From a virus: 64,000 nucleotides of DNA. The position numbers and the translations under genes were made by a program. How positions within the stretch are numbered: position 1 is the first letter of the stretch; each line of letters starts with the position of its first letter. The notes under the pieces are model-generated. The model did no database searches. It had not been told where the DNA came from and saw only the letters and a list, made by a program, of their open reading frames with translations. This document shows positions 49,277-58,745 of the stretch, in pieces. The stretch lies in the IMG/VR virus record IMGVR_UViG_3300006931_000007; one strand, 5' to 3'.

Positions 49277-51690
49277 AATGGAATCGGTTCCTCATCCGGG
49301 GGCACCAACTGCGTTTGAACCGCGTCCAGCTTGGGCCAATCGAACGGCCCACCAAAGTTAGTGTCCCAATGTTCTCTGCAAAGATCAACCGGCGGGAGAT
49401 AGATCACATACATGCGTTTCTTGACCAGTACCTCGAAGCCGGTGTCATTCGTCCAGGGCACTTCAACCGTCTCCTGTTTCGAGACCGGATGGCCCGGCGG
49501 GAACGCGCGGAGGAGGAATTTGCCAAACCCGGTCCGACTCATACGGAAGTTGCGGCCCTGGTCCTTGAGGTCCATAACGTAGTCGTCATACAGGAAATCT
49601 TTGATGACCTTTTCCCGCCACTCCTGGTCGCCGCGCAATATCCGACCCTCCCAGAACTTCTCGAACAACCACTGAATTTCGGGGTCCATGCTCAATATTT
49701 TCTGATCCTGCAACGCCTTCGTTTGGGGGACGGCGCGGACTTCGTATTTGCTCAGGTCATAGGTCAGGAGGAAGTGCAGCAGGTTCTCGAAGCCGCCTTC
49801 ATCCAGCTCCAACGACAATTTCTTGAAATAGTTGTGGTCCTGTTTCTTCCCCTCGCCAACTTCCATCACGAAAAAGCGGCGTTCATCGAGACCGGCGGGC
49901 ACCACCCAGTTTTCGTTCGAGGCGAGCATCAGGTGCGTATAGTTCGGCGCCGCCTCGGCGTCTACGCCCTTGCCTTCGATCACCAGGTGTTCTTCCGTGA
50001 TCAGCGTTTTCAGAACTGATTCATGTTTCTTGTCTCCGGCGAAGAAGGCTTCATCACCGAACAGCACGACGGTATCGCGGAGGTGGGCGTTGAAAGAGCC
50101 CACCAAATGCTTCGAGTCCGACACCTGAAGGTAGTGCCGCCCAAACAAGGCCCCGAACTTCTTGGCAAAGAAGCTCTTGCCGGTTCCGCGCTTCCCGCGG
50201 AGCACCACGGCGACCTCTCCCGGGCCGTCCGGGTGCTGAACGGTCCGAGCCATCCAGCCTACCAGGTAGTCATAGTGCTCCTGATTCCCCGAGCAGACGT
50301 TGAGGAATAGATGCTGCATGAAGCCCTTGTGCTTATCGCCCGGGAGCGAATCGCAGGCGAATCCACGCCAGAGGTTGTAAGCGTCGGGAACATCGCGACC
50401 CGGCGAGAAAACAATGGTGTCAAACTGGCGGCGATTCGGGTGATCAATCCAAAAGTTTCCCGCGGCCTTCTCGACCGGCGCGCCGGCTTCGGTACGCCCA
50501 ACAATCACCTTGATGTGGCGGTAACGGTTGCGGAAGTCCTCAAACGATTGCTTGCTGATCTTCGTCCGCTGTAGCGAAGGGTCCATGACCTCGCTGATAA
50601 TTCGGCACTTCCCGCCGATGTCAGAAATGACCGCATGCTTTTCGTTCAGTTTGCGCAGCATCGGGTCGATGGCTTCTTCAAGCGCGCGTTCGATCTGCCG
50701 CAGCGCATAGCCTTCTGGGTCCGGTTTATCGCGGACACTGACCGCAATCTCATTCGATCCGGTGATGACCGCATAGATCATTTCCGGCGGAACTTCGGCG
50801 CGCACGAGGTCGCAACAGACTCTGAACAGCGCCTCAGATCGTGATTGGTATTTCGTCGGGTCGAGCGGGTCCTGTCCGGTCGCGATCAGCGCCAGGGTAT
50901 GGTCCGTGATCGCCTTGCCGTTCTGTTGGGCCCACTCCTTCAGCTCCTCCGTCCCGATATCAGCGACATTGCCCGTCACTCTGACTTTGGGCGGACCGCT
51001 CGCGAGCCCTTGATCACGTGATTGAACCCGCGGCGCCGGGATAAACTGGTCAATGGTGTACAGCGCCGCATCGTTCCATTCTACAAGCGTGGACAATGTA
51101 GGCTGGCGCCCTTTCTTGATCTTCTTCGCTGTCGGAACGTTAATGGTGCCCGGTAGCCGCATGATGCGGTCTACGTTGTGGCAATGGTCCGCCTGGAATA
51201 GCTTCTCCAGCTGAATGTTGTAGGCTTCGAGTTCCTGAGCCTTCTCGACCACGCCGTTGATTTCCAGGCGTTCGCTTGGCTGGAGTTTCCAAAAGCCCTG
51301 ATAGCCACCGCCCGAGTCGATGATGACCGTTGGCGCCGGCTTGAAGTTCTTCAACATCTTCAGCGCGCGGGTCCGCTCCTCGGCGAAATCCTCCCCGGCG
51401 CGCGGGTCAATGTCGATGTGGAGCCATGCCAATCGCGCAATATCTTCCTTGGAGGCTTTATTATCCAACGCCTTCCGAACCGGATTGACGTGAAAGTACA
51501 GATTCTTGATGCCTTGATGACCTTCGATCCAGGCGGCAGCGTCCGTCCACTTGGCCGCGGGAAAGGTCATTGTTTCGGTTTTCCCGTCCGGGATAATCGC
51601 GGTGAGGACCCATGGACCCTCGGGGCTCCACTTCTGAAGGAACTCCACCGCACTTTTTGTATCGTGCTTAACCTTCTTCAGTACCGCCAT
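49273..51690 (-). CDS. primase-polymerase (AEP/RepB'-like) fused to SF3/D5-type helicase
   Basis: Start moved to ATG 51690, just after the upstream TAA. The N-terminal domain has LHIDIDP and DSGGGYQGFWKL. The C-terminal domain has the P-loop LRGKRGTGKSFFAKKF. Confidence 0.8.
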   Translation of the reverse strand: MAVLKKVKHDTKSAVEFLQKWSPEGPWVLTAIIPDGKTETMTFPAAKWTDAAAWIEGHQGIKNLYFHVNPVRKALDNKASKEDIARLAWLHIDIDPRAGEDFAEERTRALKMLKNFKPAPTVIIDSGGGYQGFWKLQPSERLEINGVVEKAQELEAYNIQLEKLFQADHCHNVDRIMRLPGTINVPTAKKIKKGRQPTLSTLVEWNDAALYTIDQFIPAPRVQSRDQGLASGPPKVRVTGNVADIGTEELKEWAQQNGKAITDHTLALIATGQDPLDPTKYQSRSEALFRVCCDLVRAEVPPEMIYAVITGSNEIAVSVRDKPDPEGYALRQIERALEEAIDPMLRKLNEKHAVISDIGGKCRIISEVMDPSLQRTKISKQSFEDFRNRYRHIKVIVGRTEAGAPVEKAAGNFWIDHPNRRQFDTIVFSPGRDVPDAYNLWRGFACDSLPGDKHKGFMQHLFLNVCSGNQEHYDYLVGWMARTVQHPDGPGEVAVVLRGKRGTGKSFFAKKFGALFGRHYLQVSDSKHLVGSFNAHLRDTVVLFGDEAFFAGDKKHESVLKTLITEEHLVIEGKGVDAEAAPNYTHLMLASNENWVVPAGLDERRFFVMEVGEGKKQDHNYFKKLSLELDEGGFENLLHFLLTYDLSKYEVRAVPQTKALQDQKILSMDPEIQWLFEKFWEGRILRGDQEWREKVIKDFLYDDYVMDLKDQGRNFRMSRTGFGKFLLRAFPPGHPVSKQETVEVPWTNDTGFEVLVKKRMYVIYLPPVDLCREHWDTNFGGPFDWPKLDAVQTQLVPPDEEPIPF

Positions 51691-51691
51691 T

Positions 51692-51985
51692 TTACAGCCC
51701 CCAGAACATGCCCAAGCGATCAATCGGCGCGTCACCCGCTTCCATTTGAACTACCCACAAGCGAGTACAGCCAAGTTTCTCGGCGACTTCCTTCTGGGTA
51801 AGTCCTTTACGGCGGCGGAGCAATACACATACCTCATGAGGCTTCGGTGGTCCTGAGAGCGCAACGTTTGGTTTTTGTTCGGCAAGGCCGCGCGCTTTAT
51901 ACTTTGCGCGCATTGCGTTCAGCTTCCGGCGACGGCCTTCCAGCCACTTCAACTCGGAATCTGAAACACTTATTTCGATAGACAT
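51692..51985 (-). CDS. XRE-type helix-turn-helix protein
   Basis: LTQKEVAEKLGCTRLWVVQMEAG is a classic HTH. Confidence 0.65.
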   Translation of the reverse strand: MSIEISVSDSELKWLEGRRRKLNAMRAKYKARGLAEQKPNVALSGPPKPHEVCVLLRRRKGLTQKEVAEKLGCTRLWVVQMEAGDAPIDRLGMFWGL

Positions 51986-52368
51986 TTTAACAACTCCTCA
52001 GTTCTCGGCAGTCTTTCCCACCGGGCGATGACTACAGCATAAAGTTCTTCGCGTGTGGACTTCCCCAAGTAGGCGGACGCTATACGGCCATTGAACAACA
52101 GCCATTCGTTATTACCCACCTTTAGCAACAAAAATACATGACCGCCCGCGCGCTCCCGGCGAACCGCCCAAACACGCTGTTCCTGCGTGTAGTGGTCGAT
52201 TCTCAGCGGCCCGCCGGCCCGCGGCCATTCAGGAGCATATTTCAGCTCAATCCAGCCGTGCGCATAATTGACGTCAGGCGTTCCCGGCACCATATGGTTT
52301 TCAACCCGGATCGGGTCGAGGCCCTTTAGCTTCGGGCGTAGGGCCTCCCACATAGATGACTCAGACAT
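51970..52368 (-). CDS. VRR-NUC / PD-(D/E)xK nuclease
   Basis: GTPDVNY...GWIELKY (PD...ExK) followed by TQEQRVW...AGG. Confidence 0.6.
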   Translation of the reverse strand: MSESSMWEALRPKLKGLDPIRVENHMVPGTPDVNYAHGWIELKYAPEWPRAGGPLRIDHYTQEQRVWAVRRERAGGHVFLLLKVGNNEWLLFNGRIASAYLGKSTREELYAVVIARWERLPRTEELLKCLSK

Positions 52369-52825
52369 GACGGATAGAAACCGTGATGCCTTTGTCCCGG
52401 GCGATGTCCAGGGATTCTCCGACCTTGCGCCGCCACTCCGTTATCCAGGCCTGTTCGCGACCCTCGACGGGCAGAGACGCGAAAACCACGCGACGAATAC
52501 CGGCGGCGGCAGCGCGTTCGATGCATGCAGGGCAGATCGGGAAAGAAGTATAGAGCGTGAACCCCTCCGCCGTCTCGCCATCAAGAAATTCTATGGCGTT
52601 GACTTCCGCATGGACCACGTTCTTGAGTTTGTATTCGCGGTCAGCGTACAGGTGCGGTGAATCATCCTCGCCCGGACGAAAGCCATTGAAGCCTGTGGAC
52701 GCGACGCTGTTGTTGGGCCGAACCAACACAGCCCCAACCTTCGTCGAAGGGTCCTTGCTCCAGGTTCCGACGTGCTTTGCCAGCTCCAAATAACGCTGGT
52801 CCCATCTATCTTGACGCGTGTTCAT
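52361..52825 (-). CDS. dCMP deaminase
   Basis: Zinc motifs VHAEVNAI and PICPACIERAAAAG (HAE ... PCxxC). Confidence 0.8.
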   Translation of the reverse strand: MNTRQDRWDQRYLELAKHVGTWSKDPSTKVGAVLVRPNNSVASTGFNGFRPGEDDSPHLYADREYKLKNVVHAEVNAIEFLDGETAEGFTLYTSFPICPACIERAAAAGIRRVVFASLPVEGREQAWITEWRRKVGESLDIARDKGITVSIRHV

Positions 52826-53007
52826 ACAAGCCCCTTCTCAATAGCAAAACTTTCGCGGAGGAAAATGCTGGTGACTTTTCCGTTCTCTTCACATTCGTCC
52901 GTGATCTGCGACTTCGGGACCCAAACTTCAACGGTTCCGTTATCGACCAGCATTGCCAAATTTGTTTCGGCCTTGACCGTGACTTCAATTTCGACTTCGT
53001 TGCTCAT
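52822..53007 (-). CDS. small hypothetical protein
   Basis: 61-aa ORF with ATGA coupling to the polymerase gene. Confidence 0.5.
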   Translation of the reverse strand: MSNEVEIEVTVKAETNLAMLVDNGTVEVWVPKSQITDECEENGKVTSIFLRESFAIEKGLV

Positions 53008-54971
53008 GATTCATACCCCATCGAATGACCCCAGGAAGCGCCCACCTCCACATCGACTTTTGAGGGGAGTTCGAGCGGCGTACAGTTGCGCATTATCTCC
53101 GCGGCGCGTTCGGCTTCCGCCTTGTCCTCGACGCTGAAGGCGATCTCATCGTGAACCTGAATGATGATGTCAAAGCCCGCGGCGTCGCAATCGACCATGG
53201 CTTGCTTCGTCTGATCGGCGGAGCCGCCCTGGATCAATCGGTTGAAACCCTTATGCGTCCAATCAAAGTTTCCGTCCTTATCGAGCGGGAACCGGCAACG
53301 GCGACCGCTGAGGGTGATGATATAGCCGCGCGACTTCGCGACGTTCTCACATGCCTTGGCCATCTTCTTGATGAATGGCACCTTAGCATCGAAGGTATCG
53401 AGAAGCGCCTGCCCTTCCGGTCCTGCAGCCTCGAACCGGCGAGCCCCTTCTGCCAGCAACGCGCGGCCCTCCTCGCTGTTTATATCGTACAGGCGACCTC
53501 TCGGACCGCGAACGGCGTACATGGTAGGCAGGCCCAGTTTCCGGCACATCTTCGCGCCGCCCATCCCATAGCTCAAGCCCAAATAGATTTCCTTCGCAGC
53601 TTTCCGTTTAATTCCGGCCATGTCGGCCATCATCTGATGGTTGTCCGTGGTCGGGTCGGTGCGGTACTTATCCCGGGCGACGCAGGCGCTGGCCCAAGCC
53701 TGTTGTCCGATAATCTCCCGGCTGATGCTGGCGTAATGGACAGCCATCCGCGGCTCCTGCTGCGAATAGTCGTTTGAAGCCCATAGCCGGCCTTCCTCGG
53801 GCTGATAGATCGCGCGCCACATCGGCGCGAAATCGTCCCGGGCGGGTTGCTGCTGCAAATTCGGGTTCTGACAGCTCAACCGACCGTAGGCCGCGCCCTC
53901 GGATTGACCTGAATCATCGTCTTTCGATTTCCGCAGCTGATTAAACGTACAGTGGATGCGACCGTTGATCATGTGTTCGCGGACGGAGGCACCGAACTGG
54001 CGGAGCTTGCTCACCTTCCGGGCGCGTTCGAGCGCGTTTGCCACCGGGTGGTCTATCCCCTCCAACAGCTCCTTGTCTATCTGCGGCGCTCCCTTGGGCG
54101 TTTTCTGGACACGAACACCAATGAATTCGAGCGCGGGGGCAATAACCTCGGGCTTCCAAACGTCTCCCACATTGACCCGTATTCCTGTTTGGGCGCGGAC
54201 AATCGCCAGTTGTTCGGCTTCGCGTTCGAGGGCCCAACGCTCCACGTATGTGAGGTGCGCTTCATTGATCCGAACGCCGCGGCGCCGTAGCTTGAGGAGG
54301 ACCGGAAGAAGTCGGGATTCAAGGTCATAGACGCCCCACAGGTTTTGTTCTTCAATTTCGCGTTCTTGACGGCGGAGAATATTCAACGGCAACCGCGTGT
54401 CCTCCTCGGCGTATTGCCCAACAAAGCGAGCGGGCAGCATCCACATTCCGGCTTTCGGGTCCACCTTGTAGTCATTCGCGGCGGCGCGCAGCACCGCCTC
54501 ATTCTTGCCCTCAAAACCCCAGCGGGTCGCAATCGACTGCATACTGTAGCTGTTGTGAAGTTCGTTGATCAGCGGGTCAGCAATCTGAATATCGCGGAAG
54601 AAGCGCACCCGGTCAAAGGTGATCTGTTCTTGGGCCAAGAAGTCCAAGTCATAGGGGAGATTCGCGCCGACTATATCGCCGTTGAAGCTCGCGGCCTGCT
54701 CGCGGATATATTTCAGAACGCCTTCCACCGGAAGGTTGTCACCCCCATCGTGCCGGATCGGTAAATAAGCACCCGGGCCATCCTCAATCGCAAAGCTGAT
54801 CCCGGTGATGTAGCTATCGGGGCGACGGACGCCCGGCCCGAGCGTTTTCAGCGTCGGGTCCCGGGTCTCGCAGTCAATCGCGATCCGCTTTGCGCCGGCC
54901 CAGGATGGGAGCGAGTCGAGGCGCGGGGGCCTCCAATCGCTCTGGACGGTATTGAACAGCGGGAATTGCAT
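53004..54971 (-). CDS. family A DNA polymerase with 3'-5' exonuclease domain
   Basis: Exo I IAIDCETRD, motif A NDYSQQEPR, motif B RKAAKEIYLGLSYGMG, motif C IIQVHDEIAF. Confidence 0.9.
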   Translation of the reverse strand: MQFPLFNTVQSDWRPPRLDSLPSWAGAKRIAIDCETRDPTLKTLGPGVRRPDSYITGISFAIEDGPGAYLPIRHDGGDNLPVEGVLKYIREQAASFNGDIVGANLPYDLDFLAQEQITFDRVRFFRDIQIADPLINELHNSYSMQSIATRWGFEGKNEAVLRAAANDYKVDPKAGMWMLPARFVGQYAEEDTRLPLNILRRQEREIEEQNLWGVYDLESRLLPVLLKLRRRGVRINEAHLTYVERWALEREAEQLAIVRAQTGIRVNVGDVWKPEVIAPALEFIGVRVQKTPKGAPQIDKELLEGIDHPVANALERARKVSKLRQFGASVREHMINGRIHCTFNQLRKSKDDDSGQSEGAAYGRLSCQNPNLQQQPARDDFAPMWRAIYQPEEGRLWASNDYSQQEPRMAVHYASISREIIGQQAWASACVARDKYRTDPTTDNHQMMADMAGIKRKAAKEIYLGLSYGMGGAKMCRKLGLPTMYAVRGPRGRLYDINSEEGRALLAEGARRFEAAGPEGQALLDTFDAKVPFIKKMAKACENVAKSRGYIITLSGRRCRFPLDKDGNFDWTHKGFNRLIQGGSADQTKQAMVDCDAAGFDIIIQVHDEIAFSVEDKAEAERAAEIMRNCTPLELPSKVDVEVGASWGHSMGYES

Positions 54972-55447
54972 CAGAAATGTTCCTCAGAATTTGCGCCGGC
55001 CTGAGCAATAAGGGCTTCAACAATACCGTGGGCGGCATCGAGGTCGGTTTCATCACCCCAGAAAGCGAGGAGCGTACACACCATCATTTCGTCCGGGGTC
55101 AAATCATTGGCCTCTCCGAACTCCTCAACCGATACCGCGAGCTGACGGCCCCAACAGATGAGGGTCAACGGCGGAATGTTACGATGCGTCAGGCGATAGA
55201 GCCAAAGCGCGAAACGGTTGCGAGGCTTCGCGACGCCCAACAAGAACAGCTCGCGGAGCTTTTCGATGTAGTGGAGCGCCTTGGTCAGGTCGATAGTTGG
55301 GTCAGGATATTTCTTGCGATTCCGCGCGACATATTTGGTGGCGCAGCCTTCGATATAGCCGATGCTGTTATACACCACCCAGTCCCAGTGTTGAAATTGA
55401 GCCTGGTAGTGGCTCCCGTCAACTTGTTTATCGTTGGCGCTTGACAT
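54971..55447 (-). CDS. DUF3310-like protein
   Basis: The N-terminal QVDGSHYQ ... IEGCATKYVARN pattern matches my memory of DUF3310 (SaV-like) phage proteins. Confidence 0.55.
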   Translation of the reverse strand: MSSANDKQVDGSHYQAQFQHWDWVVYNSIGYIEGCATKYVARNRKKYPDPTIDLTKALHYIEKLRELFLLGVAKPRNRFALWLYRLTHRNIPPLTLICWGRQLAVSVEEFGEANDLTPDEMMVCTLLAFWGDETDLDAAHGIVEALIAQAGANSEEHF

Positions 55448-55643
55448 GTTCTAACTCCTTCAGGGCTTCTCGCAATCGGCGAGTTTGTTGTTGGTAAAGA
55501 TATCCGACCAGCATGGCGTCAGGACCCATCAAGGACTTATGGACCTTAACCAGCTGTTCAGCAAGCTCCTCCACCGTATCATATGCGGCATATTTCAGGG
55601 AGGGCTCGGACTTCCAATCAGCCGCGAGCTTTTCCAGGTCCAT
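55428..55643 (-). CDS. small hypothetical protein
   Basis: Start moved to ATG 55643 (GAGGAAG lies 9 nt upstream). The remainder of the 104-aa track ORF is Arg/Ser-rich and non-coding-like. Confidence 0.5.
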   Translation of the reverse strand: MDLEKLAADWKSEPSLKYAAYDTVEELAEQLVKVHKSLMGPDAMLVGYLYQQQTRRLREALKELEHVKRQR

Positions 55644-56181
55644 CGGCCATTGCTTCCTCGAAGAAGTCCGACAGGCGCCCGCGGTTCGAGTTGAAGTTGT
55701 CCACGAAGAAGCGGACCTCACCCGGCAGCGTACCTTCGTCATGGCGTTTCATTAGTACGTCGAAACAAACCTGGAACATTTGCTGGACGCGCTTGTTGCC
55801 AAGGCGGTGTTCTTCCCAGCACCACAGCCAGAGGTCGAGCGTGTCAACGGCCTTGAGCCACTGAGTTTCCTCCTCTGTCAAGACCTGAGCCAATTCAAGC
55901 GTTTCGAGGATCGCTTGTTCAGCCTCCTCATAAACGCGGCCCAGGTCGGGGTTGGAATACTTCGCCGGGGCCGGCATATCACCCAACCAGCGTTCGCCGA
56001 CATCGTGCCACTGTACGGCCTTGATCAGCGCGAGCGACGGCCCGGGGTGAAGCAGGAGGAGCAGCGACAGCGCACCATAACTGTGTTGGGCGATGTTATA
56101 CTGACCGTGATGGGGGATTATATGACACCGGCGCACCGCGCCGGCCTCCCGAGTCGCGAGGACCTGCAAGAATTTATTCAT
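55618..56181 (-). CDS. HD-domain phosphohydrolase (YfbR-like 5'-deoxynucleotidase type)
   Basis: Start moved to ATG 56181, an 8-nt overlap with the ThyA-like stop. H...HD...D pattern: IIPHHGQYNIAQHS ... VQWHDVGERWLGD. Confidence 0.7.
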   Translation of the reverse strand: MNKFLQVLATREAGAVRRCHIIPHHGQYNIAQHSYGALSLLLLLHPGPSLALIKAVQWHDVGERWLGDMPAPAKYSNPDLGRVYEEAEQAILETLELAQVLTEEETQWLKAVDTLDLWLWCWEEHRLGNKRVQQMFQVCFDVLMKRHDEGTLPGEVRFFVDNFNSNRGRLSDFFEEAMADGPGKARG

Positions 56182-57244
56182 ATGCGACTCCGTTATCATT
56201 CGCTTTAGCCTGGCGCTCAAGATAAGCCCGACGCCGCCGCTCAATCCACTCCTTTCCAGCCAGCTGCCAATCAGTCGCCTTGACGTTGTCGAGGTGTTGT
56301 TGAGCTTCATCAAAGCGGATTTCCCCTTGTCCGGTTTTCTTGAACGCTGCGTGGGCCAGCATCATCGGAACCGCGACCCGACGGAAGAAAGGATCACGCA
56401 AACCCATTGCAGTCGGGTTATCCATGAACATTTCCAGATCATCGCGCCACTGCTCCAGATCGGTACTGATCAGCGGGTAGGGCTCGACCTCGGGCATGCC
56501 CTTGCGCCAAGCGTAGGGGTCCATCACGGTCATTCCGGGAACGTCGAAGTTGGCATGCTCCGCGAGAATTTCCATTGTCTTCAACACTTCGGTATAGGCG
56601 TGAAAGTTCGCCGACACCTGACGATATATCCCCTGCTCGACGCCGACGCCCCGGGCGACATACTCGTGAAGATAGCTGAAATGAACCGCGTTGGCGCCGT
56701 AGGCTCCCCATATAATATCGTTGGAGCGATTGGTCACGGTCATATCCAACCGGCCATCGGGAGCGATCTGGAAAATGGCCTGGAGATTGCAGGGAAGGTC
56801 CTTGCCGAGACGGCCCAAGTCAGCGCGCGCGTCCCACATCGAAAGAACCTGGCGGCGGTCGGTCGGGTCCTTCTTCAGCGCGTCGATAATAACAGGGAGC
56901 TGATCGAACAGGAAATGTTTGCGCCAGCGCCAGCCGTAGGCTCCATGGAAGGTTACGCCGTCATCACTGAAGGAGCGCATGCGCTCGACGTACCGGGCAA
57001 CGAATTCCACGTCATTGCGTCCACCCAACATCCAGAGCGATTCGACCAGGTGAAAGAACGGGTTGGCGTCGCGTTCGGCCCAAAACAGAACGCGCTCCGC
57101 CGGGCGCTCATAGACCGTCGTGACCGGCTCCGGGAACACCAGGACGGGTCCATTGCGCGAATCGCGGGCGACGCCTTCCAGCTTCAGCTGGCGGATCGCC
57201 TCGGGTAAGGCTTGATGGACGTTACGGGCACGAATCACTTTCAT
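56174..57244 (-). CDS. ThyA-family pyrimidine C5-methylase/hydroxymethylase (predicted dUMP hydroxymethylase)
   Basis: Thymidylate-synthase motifs: SRNGPV, ESLWMLGG, AYGWRWR, DRRQVLSMWD, catalytic LPCNLQ, and NRSNDIIWGAYGAN. The hydroxymethylase assignment, as opposed to dTMP synthase, is inferred from context only. Confidence 0.75.
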   Translation of the reverse strand: MKVIRARNVHQALPEAIRQLKLEGVARDSRNGPVLVFPEPVTTVYERPAERVLFWAERDANPFFHLVESLWMLGGRNDVEFVARYVERMRSFSDDGVTFHGAYGWRWRKHFLFDQLPVIIDALKKDPTDRRQVLSMWDARADLGRLGKDLPCNLQAIFQIAPDGRLDMTVTNRSNDIIWGAYGANAVHFSYLHEYVARGVGVEQGIYRQVSANFHAYTEVLKTMEILAEHANFDVPGMTVMDPYAWRKGMPEVEPYPLISTDLEQWRDDLEMFMDNPTAMGLRDPFFRRVAVPMMLAHAAFKKTGQGEIRFDEAQQHLDNVKATDWQLAGKEWIERRRRAYLERQAKANDNGVAYE

Positions 57245-57819
57245 TTCTTGGCTCCTTTCTTCTCCGGCGGGAGGCCGAACTGTTTGTTGAGGTCTTGGAT
57301 TGGGAGTGCGGGCAGATTCACCTTGCCTTCGCCGGGGAGGAAATCTGCGCAGAAGGGCGCGATTTCAGGCCATACTTCACAGAGCTTCTTGACGGTGCTA
57401 ACGCTATCGAGGACAGCGCGAGCGGAGCGCCTGGCGTGTTCGCGGGCTTCGTTATGATCGTTGCGGCGTTTACAAAGAACCGCATAACGTTCGCTCATTG
57501 GATCATTGTTAGCCAATACCAACGCGATATTACTGCGGTGTTTATCGAATATCCGGCGGTGTTCCCCGAAACTAACGCGAGACCAATTGTTATCAATCCC
57601 CTCGAAACGGATACGCAAATCATCGTCCGTCGGCAAGGCCCCTTCTGGCATTGCGTTCATAGATTCTTGTATCTTCTTCGGATAAACCTTGTTGTAAATA
57701 TCGTTTCCGAATTTGAGAAAGTCGGCGTTGATCGCCTTATCTTTATCGTCAAATCCAGCTTTTGCGAGGCGAGAGAGCAATTCATCTTTCATCCACGTAT
57801 TCAAGCGAATCGAGGCCAT
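57241..57819 (-). CDS. hypothetical protein inside the hypermodification operon
   Basis: 192-aa ORF, translationally coupled on both sides. No motif recognised. Confidence 0.65.
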   Translation of the reverse strand: MASIRLNTWMKDELLSRLAKAGFDDKDKAINADFLKFGNDIYNKVYPKKIQESMNAMPEGALPTDDDLRIRFEGIDNNWSRVSFGEHRRIFDKHRSNIALVLANNDPMSERYAVLCKRRNDHNEAREHARRSARAVLDSVSTVKKLCEVWPEIAPFCADFLPGEGKVNLPALPIQDLNKQFGLPPEKKGAKK

Positions 57820-57821
57820 TT

Positions 57822-58745
57822 CTATTCTCCGTTTCTGGTAAGGTCAGTGGCTTTGCGCCAGTCATATTTCGAGCGCATCTTGCCGTCTCCGGCTTGAACA
57901 CGTTCGTACTTATCAAACTCGCAAAGCGAGTGTTCCACGTCGCGCATTTCGAGCCGCGGCCACTTCTCCGGCCAGAGCATCGGGTTGGCGTTCATTTGTT
58001 CCATGAGCAGAAACATTTCGTTGTTGGTCTGCTCCTTCTTCGGCTGCGTGTTCAATTCCCGACCATACAACCGATTCAGCCCGCGGATTGCGCCGGGACC
58101 AGCATTGGCCCAAGTCATAATGTCCGGGGCGTCGCGGAGGTAGCGGGTATGACGGAGGTCAGTCACTACCTCATAGGCCATGAAGGGACCCCAGCCGATG
58201 AAATAAGGCTCCTGAAATAAGTCCCAAACATCTTCAAGCGTCGCCGGAGATTCAAGCCGGCACTCAAACTGATCCCGATATTCCCACAAGCGACCGATAA
58301 CGATTTCAGCAATATAACGGTGCTTAGTCCAAACGTACCATGGTTTGTTCGGATCGGACTCCGCGCGGATCATGTACGCGCCGGTGTAGACCTTGTGACC
58401 CATCGCCGCGAGCCCTTCGAGCGCCGTGGTCAAATACTCCGGGGTGAACTCCGGGTGACTCGGCCAAGCCTTCGATTCGATCAGGGCGGCGAGCGTTGGG
58501 GGCCAGTTAATGTAGCGAGCGATACAAAGCATCAACCAGAGGTTCGGGTGATCGGCGTAGGGCTCGCGGATATTCTCGCGAACCCAAATGGTCACCGTGT
58601 CGAGTTCCCGGAAGATGTTACAGAACCGACCGTCACGAAGCACCGGGTCATCGGTCCACGGACCGGGCCAACCTCCGATCCGCTTCAGATAGATGTTGTG
58701 GCGCGCTTTCATAAAGCGGCTGAGGGCTTCGGTTCTTGGGCTCAT
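57822..58745 (-). CDS. aGPT-Pplase-like DNA base hypermodification enzyme, paralogue 1 (tentative)
   Basis: Start moved to ATG 58745 (ATGA overlap with the kinase stop). WTDDPVLRDGRFCNIFRELDTVT and the C-terminal EHSLCEFDKY resemble my memory of alpha-glutamyl/putrescinyl thymine pyrophosphorylases. Context supports this. Confidence 0.55.
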   Translation of the reverse strand: MSPRTEALSRFMKARHNIYLKRIGGWPGPWTDDPVLRDGRFCNIFRELDTVTIWVRENIREPYADHPNLWLMLCIARYINWPPTLAALIESKAWPSHPEFTPEYLTTALEGLAAMGHKVYTGAYMIRAESDPNKPWYVWTKHRYIAEIVIGRLWEYRDQFECRLESPATLEDVWDLFQEPYFIGWGPFMAYEVVTDLRHTRYLRDAPDIMTWANAGPGAIRGLNRLYGRELNTQPKKEQTNNEMFLLMEQMNANPMLWPEKWPRLEMRDVEHSLCEFDKYERVQAGDGKMRSKYDWRKATDLTRNGE

